DNA from: Macrostomum lignano
Taxonomy: Eukaryota
DNA length: 64,000 nt
Assembly (NCBI GenBank): GCA_002269645.1
Contig: NIVC01000648.1
Location: 73,829 to 137,828 of the forward strand
Direction: 5' to 3'
The notes under the pieces were generated by a model that worked only from the letters and a program-made list of their open reading frames with translations, made no database searches and was not told the origin of the DNA. Position numbers and translations under genes: made by a program. This document shows, piece by piece, positions 58,201 to 64,000 of this stretch (the first letter of the stretch is position 1; each line of letters starts with the position of its first letter).

Positions 58201-61200
58201 TTGTTGAGGAGCAACCGGTTGATGCAACTGCTGCTGAAGTTGCACCTGTCGAAGAACTTCAAGCGAAACCTGAAGAGACCCTTGACAGCAAAGCCACACC
58301 AACTGTTCAGGAGCCGCAGCAGTACGTCAGTCATGAAATTGTTGAGGAGCAACCGGTTGATGCAACTGCTGCTGAAGTTGCACCTGTCGAAGAACTTCAA
58401 GCGAAACCTGAAGAGACCCTTGACAGCAAAGCCGCACCAACTGTTCAGGAGCCGCAGCTCTACATCACGCAGGAAGTTGCCGAAGAGGCTGCAGTTGATG
58501 CGACTGCCACTGAGGTCGCGCCGATCGAAGAACAGACTGTCCAATCCGATGATACACTTGATACCAAAACAAATATCACTGCACAAGAGGCACAGCACTA
58601 CGTCACTCAGGAAGTGGCGGAAGAACAGCCTGAAGAGTCCTTTTCAGAAGGCATACAAGAGAAACAGTCGACTACCGCTGCCATTCAAGAAGAGATGCCT
58701 GCCGACCAAAGTGCTGCCGAGGTGCAAGAGGCCCAACAATACGTCACTCAAGAGGTAGCTGATGAAACTCCAGTGGACGTTGCTTCAGTAGAACTTGCAC
58801 CAGTTGAAGAGCAAAAGGCTGAAGGTGAAGAAACTCTCGCTACCCCAGCTAAGCCAGAAGTTCAAGAAGCTCAGCAGTATGTAACTCAAGAGGTAGCTGA
58901 GGAGCAATCTGAAGACACTGTCACGCAGGACCTTCAAGAGAAGACTCCAGCTGTTGCTGCTGTACAAGAGGAACTACCAGCCGATGCTACAACAACTGAA
59001 GTTTCTGCCGTCGAAGAGATTCAATTAGAATCTGAGGAGACTACCGATGCGCAAGCGACTTCTACGATGCAACAAGCTCAGCAGTACCGAACTCAAGAGG
59101 TCGCTGAAGACTTCTCACTGGAAGAAGCTTCGACAGAAACCGAACAGAAGCACAAAGAGCCCGTTGCCGCTGAGCCAGTAGAAGTGGAAGAAGTCAAAGG
59201 CGATAAGAGCGTCCAGCTTCAGCCGACCAGTACAACCGAGCAAGAAGAGGCTCTCCCGATAGAGGAAGTCGGAGACATGGAGGCGAAGAAGCCGCTGCTT
59301 GTAAAAGAAGACAAAGAAGAAGTTCCAGAAGAGTCTCTGGTAGAGCAGCAGCTTCAGGAGATGCAACTCAAACCTGCAGAAGAAACTTCGAAAATGGAAG
59401 CTGCATCAGCAGCAACTGAAAGCGAAAAGGCAGAAGTTCTTACTGCTGAAAGCTCTGAGGAAACTGCGGCTGATGCCAGCATTCAGCTAGAGTCAGAAGC
59501 TACAGTTGAAGAGGAATTTTCTGCTGAAATTACTGCCACAGAAGTTGCTCCAGTAGAAGAGATGCATGTAGAAGCTGAGCAAACTCTCGAAAGTGAAGCG
59601 ACCTCTACGGTCCAGGAGGCTGCAAATTTTGAAAGCCAAGAAGCGACTAAAGAACTAAAAATGGATGTTGCATCTGCTGAGATGGCTCCCATTGAGGAGA
59701 AGCAAGCTGTTTCTGAAGAAACTGTAGAAAACAAAGCCGCTTCTACTGTACAAGAGCCGCAAGAGTATGTTACTCAAGAAGTTACTGAAGAAGCTTCTGT
59801 GGATACCCTGGAAGCCGAAGTTGCACCAATCGAAGAGCTGCAGGCTGAGTCACAAGAAACTGCCCAAGCAGAAGCGGCATCAACCAAAGAGGTTGCGCAA
59901 CAATACGTGACTCATGAGGTTGCAGAGGAAGCCCCAGTCGATGTCACAGCTGATGTTGCGCCAGTTGAAGAAAAACAAGCTGAGACCAAGGAGACGCTTG
60001 ATGCCAAGGCTGAGTCAACTGTTCAAAAAGTTCAGGAATACGTCACTCATGAAGTAACCGAAGAAGCACCTGTAGATGTCGCAACTGACGAACTGTCACT
60101 GGTTGAGGAGCAGAAGGCTGAAGCTGAAGAAACACTCGCTGCCCCAGCTAAGCCAGAAGTTCAAGAAGCTCAGCAGTATGTAACTCAAGAGGTAGCTGAG
60201 GAGCAACCTGAAGACACTGTCACGCAGGACCTTCAAGAGAAGACTCCAGCTGTTGCTGCTGTACAAGAGGAACTACCAGCCGATGCTACAACAACTGAAG
60301 TTTCTGCCGTCGAAGAGATTCAATTAGAATCTGAGGAGACTACCGATGCGCAAGCGACTTCTACGATGCAACAAGCTCAGCAGTACCAAACTCAAGAGGT
60401 CGCTGAAGACTTCTCACTAGAAGAGGCTTCGACAGAAACCGAACAGAAGCACGAAGAGCCCGTTGCCGCTGAGCCAGTAGAAGTGGAAGAAGTCAAAGGC
60501 GATAAGAGCGTCCAGCTTCAGCCGACCAGTACAACCGAGCAAGAAGAGGCTCTCCCGATAGAGGAAATCGGAGACATGGAGGCGAAGAAGCCGCTGCTTG
60601 TAAAAGAAGACAAAGAAGAAGTTCCAGAGGAGTCTCTGGTAGAGCAGCAGCTGCAGGAGATGCAGGTAAAACCCGCTGAAACAGGTGCATCTGCCGACAC
60701 AGCTCCAAAAGCAAAAGCTCAAGAGGTCCGAGCGGCTAGCCTCCAAGAGCCGATGGAACAAGAAATGGCTCAGGACATCACTGTGTCTGACGATTCCGAC
60801 TTTATTGACTCAGACTTTGAAGAGGTAAAGGTTGAGTCAGACATGGGCCAGGAGTCAGTGACCAAGATGCTTCTGGAGCAGCAGAGCCTGCTGCAAATAG
60901 CTTGCGTCGACGATTCCGAACGGCTTCAATCTCTGCCAGAAGCATCCAGCGATCAGCCAGAGGTGGCTGCTGTCGATGAGATCGCCATGACTGAGAAGCC
61001 GGAAGTCAGTGCGCAGCAGCCGGATGTCTTGGAGGCGCCAAAACCAAAACTGTTTGTCACACAAGAGCTCAAATCTGTTGAGGTGTTTGAGACAATGGAC
61101 ATCCTACTCGAGTGCGCGGTGACCGACCTACCGCAGCTGAGCGTGGCCTGGTTTCAGGTAAGCAATATCTAAAGCCGAACTGTTTTCTAACTAGTTTCTT

Positions 61201-64000
61201 TGACCTAGAACGCTTTTAATAAAGCAGCGTCAAACTTGCAATCCAATAATGCAGAATGAAATGCCAGTGAAAGCGGATAGCCGTCACTCCGCTGTTTACA
61301 CTGCGGGCGTGTGCTCGCTGCAGATTGTATCAGCCACCGCTGACGACTCTGGTGTGTACAAGGTTAAAGTGTCCGCCGAAACGGGAGAGAGTGTGTCCAC
61401 CAGTGCCGAAGTTCAAGTTATGAGTGAGTACTTTGCTGTTTTTACAAACTCCGGTCAAGGTCTTCTAGGCGTATTAGTTTCTACAGCATAGGTACTATCT
61501 AGAAAATTTCGTATGCTCGTAAAGAATTAGCTGAATTTCCTTGAAGGTCTACGCGACTGCGAATTGCACGAGGACATTGTCATCACGGAGCGTCGAATTT
61601 ACTACTATTGGGACGCCAGGCATCATCGCACAGAGTGTCATAACTAATAGCTATTAACTAGCAATGCTGCTCATTTATTGTATTCTCGTGCACATTGGCA
61701 ATGCTATTTGGCAGCACTGTGTTTATTCTGTACTTTTGTCACATCGCACATTAGATGGAAAATTTATCGATTTTCTGTACCGCGAATATTTAGACTTTCG
61801 TTTATTAGTTGCACTTGTTGCTCTCAGCTCAGTGAGAAGCTCAAGCCCCAAAAACTGATGGCTGGCGGCATCGCGCTTTCGCCAATAGTTCTCAGAATCG
61901 TTGATCAACCCTCTGCCAACAAATTCATTGCAGCGAAAGAGAAGCCAAAGGAGGCGCCAGAAAAGGCTCAGGTAGGACTCCAATAAAAATTCTCGCGCAC
62001 ACGCCTGCATGCAAACCGAAAGCCAGTGTATAGCAATAAATCACGGGTCGCTTTGTTTTTTCCTTAGACTTCCGCCTCGAGACACAGCCAACCTGCATGC
62101 CTGCCTGGCCATCAGTTTCTTTGGCTTTTTGTAAATTAACCCCCATACTGACAAACAAACTAAGGTGTTTTAAAACACTAGCTTAGTCGCATGTACGAAA
62201 CCGAAATTAATTGTGCGTCTATTATTGATTAATAAGGTAACTATGCATTGTTTGACGTGCTTTTTAAGTGTTTCGCTATCGTAAATATAGCTCGTAGTAA
62301 CACTATGATAATAAAGTACCCGAATTTTCCTCAGTATCAGAGTCTTGCATGCGGCTCTATTCTTGACTCGCTATGTACGTTTTTCTCCAACCATTGTTTA
62401 TCGGAGTTACTCTGGGATATAACCAGATTTTGTTTAAATTGCGCGCTCGCGCATGCTCAACAAGTGTTTTAAGTAAAAAGTCGGAAAACTACTGTCAACT
62501 GAACGCCAATCAGTCATTTGGCAATCGCACATCATTTTTACGCGCAACTCAACCGACAGCATCGTTTCTGATTTGTGCGATTATTTCAATAATAACTAGG
62601 CTTTTAGTTGGTCCTCTACTGTCGTCACTGGAGCCAGTCACGGGGTGGTTAATTGCAAAGCATAGTAACAGAAAATTTGCAATCCAACTGACAGTGCTAC
62701 CAGCCGAAGCCAAAGCATCCAGGCTCAAACTGCTAATTAGCGACATCGACGAAGATACGGACTCGCTAGTGCCGAGTCCGCTGTCCTGGCGCAGTCCCGT
62801 GCCCCTCTCCCTCAGCGTGACCATCAGCGATGATTTCGATCGCGTTGGAGCCCGGCTTCACACAATGCCGCCAACATATGTCAGCGTATCCTCGGTAGCC
62901 CCGTGCAGCTGCGCTACGCCTTCCGACCAGCCAATTGTAGCGTTGTCTGGACGTTCGGCGAATCCACGCTGCCAGTAGATGTGCATATTCACACCTATCG
63001 GAGCGAAAGGTTAGATGCAGAGTCTGAGACGGTGCTGCAAGTGCAAGTTGCTCGAGCTGGAATTCACGCTGGTATCTATTGTTGCGAAATCTCGAACGAC
63101 CACGGTTCGAGTGTGCCCGCGTACAGCTGTCTGTTGCCGATCCGCGGCTGGGGTGGCAACGGCAGTCTTGACTGGGAGGGTGAGGAAGTGGCCTCAATGG
63201 ATTGCAGCGCGGTCACTCAAATCAGCTAACTCTTCTCGGTATAGCGTTGCATAACTTATAATTGATAAAAACGTGCTTTAGTTGCCTAGAATTGCTTTTA
63301 ATTAAATCAACCATTACTGATATGCGCATTAACGAGATAAATGATTGTTATTAAAAGTTGCTCGTAACAAGCTGTAGTCAATAACAACTGCGATAACTCA
63401 CTTGAGTAGAAGGTATTAACTTTTTAATCTGTTTCAAAATTAGAAGTTCTTCCGCGTGCGTACACGTGACGGCTTAAATAAAAGTCTTTCTAATCCTTAA
63501 TCCCGCAGAAGAGACAATCGACGTCTCCGTTGACACGTCACGCCAAGAGGTGCCCCAGGAGGCAGCAAAACTGTCCTTCGACGTTGACGCTGACAGCAAA
63601 GAGGCGCCAGATGAACTCGACTTCAGCGTGGACGCAGACATCCAGGCTGAGGAGCCGGAAGTTGAAGAGGAGCCAATGGCGCCGGTCAAGCAACCGGAAG
63701 TTGAAAAACGTAAGTTTTTGGATTTCGTTTCAAAGCTACTTAAAGTTTTTTTCTTGAAAGTTTTTCTTCACTTTTAAGTCTTTCATTCAAACGGTAATAG
63801 ACTCATTAGTCCTTTTACCCGTACAATCTTCTTGCTCACCATTCACAGCCCGCACGGACTTCGACGCCTCCGTGGACAGCCGAGGCTCGCGCCGCGCCTA
63901 AAGAATCTGCAAAGTTTACAGCCGACGTTGACGCTTCGACCACGGAGGCCACCGAAGCCGATTTCGAAATCAGCGGCAGTGGCGAAGTCGAGGAACAGCC
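25894..64000 (+). CDS. Giant multi-exon titin/sallimus(kettin, zormin)-like muscle protein: CCDC141-like spectrin-repeat N-terminus, ~32 I-set Ig domains, acidic repeat region; 3' end outside the window
   Basis: Splice phases are consistent across the exons from 25894 to 61423. Repeated I-set Ig motifs (P.F...L, W.K.G, D.G.Y.C.A.N..G). No Fn3 or kinase domain seen in the window. Confidence 0.92.
30742..31080. repeat. (CAGAA)n pentanucleotide microsatellite
   Basis: About 68 copies, with occasional CAGAG variants. Confidence 0.98.
31181..39817 (+). CDS. Ig domains 1-20: exons 31181-33755, 33853-36448, 36540-36842, 36945-38670, 38777-38948, 39634-39817
   Basis: ORFs 31229-33058, 32938-33759, 33719-34936, 34978-36684 and 37055-38674 join via frameshifts at ~32910 and ~34865 and via short introns. 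The 36945-38670 exon resembles kettin/sallimus and titin Z-disc Ig domains. Confidence 0.92.
40197..40831. repeat. Near-perfect long inverted repeat (foldback): arms 40197-40495 and 40532-40831, 36-bp spacer
   Basis: Direct reverse-complement comparison shows only about 3 differences over ~300 bp. Confidence 0.95.
41340..41915. repeat. 23-bp pyrimidine-rich minisatellite
   Basis: ctctctacctgtccatcttctta and longer variants, more than 20 copies. Confidence 0.95.
42836..43758 (-). CDS. Spred/Sprouty-family protein, last coding exon with the cysteine-rich SPR domain, nested antisense in a titin-like intron
   Basis: CRYCLRLY...NLKGACPEAPD...CIERLTC...YHCCADSEGDYINPC...LALFVPCLCCYP...GGRH matches the SPRED SPR domain. 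Acceptor ttctag at 43759; AATAAA on the minus strand at 42627-42632. Confidence 0.88.
45161..45830. mobile_element. hAT-like MITE containing a (GAGAGGA)n expansion (~45335-45710)
   Basis: Terminal motifs gatcggcaaact (~45170) and agtttgccgatc (~45815) are inverted repeats that enclose the purine repeat. Confidence 0.6.
46016..56084 (+). CDS. Ig domains 21-30: exons 46016-46139, 47395-47686, 49095-49814, 50859-50988, 53327-55697, 55862-56084
   Basis: Phase-matched splice sites link split Ig domains (e.g. APIFSRLLQPVRVHELQPV|RLRVEYFGDPSPQVAW). Frameshift at ~55930. Confidence 0.88.
46335..47290. repeat. 28-bp pyrimidine-rich minisatellite
   Basis: ggtctctcatctctactctcttatctct recurs with a 28-bp period (46343, 46371, ...). 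Confidence 0.95.
47810..48115. repeat. 22/23-bp minisatellite with a 68-bp higher-order unit
   Basis: agggtgacat at 47881, 47903, 47926, 47949 (22+23+23). Confidence 0.92.
48829..48965. repeat. 28-bp minisatellite, ~5 copies
   Basis: catgtcactctcagctcactctgcatct at 48829, 48857, and onward. Confidence 0.92.
49905..50650. mobile_element. MITE with ~90-bp TIRs, interrupted by a SINE
   Basis: cgtttgccaatgtaacg...tctatggtagcaaggctggcacagc mirrors gctgtgccagccttgctaccatagac...cgttacattggcaaacg. Confidence 0.75.
49994..50353 (-). mobile_element. Full-length tRNA-derived SINE with a 12-bp TSD
   Basis: On the minus strand: A-box tagcccagcgg, B-box ggctcgattcc and an A-rich tail; tcaatttggtcc at both 49982-49993 and 50354-50365. 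Confidence 0.88.
51411..52392. repeat. 35-bp minisatellite, ~28 copies
   Basis: ccattgtctgcctctaaaaccacagacacaatcta with catggg/cataga/accga variants. Confidence 0.97.
53020..53245. repeat. 12-bp-based (24-bp dimer) minisatellite
   Basis: Alternating cattagcaagac / cattagtaggat. Confidence 0.9.
56230..61423 (+). CDS. 4.9-kb exon (56230-61157) with an Ig domain plus the E/A/Q/V-rich repeat region, and following exon 61255-61423
   Basis: 1594-aa ORF 56388-61172; acceptor ttattag at 56229, donor CAG|gtaagc at 61157; the Ig domain is completed by the next exon. Confidence 0.92.
61547..64000 (+). CDS. Further candidate titin-like exons (61547-?, ~61827-61972, 62695-~63229, 63509-63709, 63849-edge); connectivity uncertain
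   Basis: Acidic exon EETIDVSVDTSRQEVPQE... bounded by cccgcag and gtaagt; degenerate Ig in 62903-63229; frameshifts near 62900 and 63880. Confidence 0.55.

Noticed and set aside
57337-58758. 473-aa alternative-frame ORF over the 138-bp repeats
   Set aside because: Off-frame shadow of the repeat exon that stays open only because the unit lacks stops in that frame.
25894-64000. Titin-like gene as a pseudogene or programmed-frameshift gene
   Set aside because: Indels are isolated, often in homopolymers, with no slippery-site pattern and no nonsense decay of the domains; assembly error is simpler.

Overview
Eukaryotic (invertebrate) genomic window with AT-rich introns and GC-richer exons; a free-living flatworm such as Macrostomum is plausible but is only an inference. 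From left to right it contains: (1) the 5' part of a GALNT2/pgant2-like gene on the minus strand, running off the left edge; (2) two minus-strand copies of an unrecognised, cysteine-free polyprotein made of 60/61-aa amphipathic helical units. The complete copy (22309-24582) has a signal peptide and 12 units; the other (8378-11038) has at least 15 units and is cut by a 446-N gap; (3) between them, a spliced peroxiredoxin-like gene that keeps the peroxidatic Cys but has a Q/S-rich tail in place of the resolving-Cys segment; (4) a very large plus-strand muscle gene from 25894 past the right edge, joining a CCDC141/zormin-like spectrin-repeat N-terminus to about 32 Ig domains and an acidic PEVK-analogous repeat region; (5) a Spred/Sprouty-domain gene nested antisense in one of its introns. 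Non-coding DNA holds MITEs, tRNA-derived SINEs, a LINE 3' fragment, a probable solo LTR, a 635-bp near-perfect palindrome, many minisatellites and probable Tc1/mariner excision footprints. Several single-base frameshifts in conserved exons look like assembly errors. Family assignments come from recalled motifs; no database search was run.
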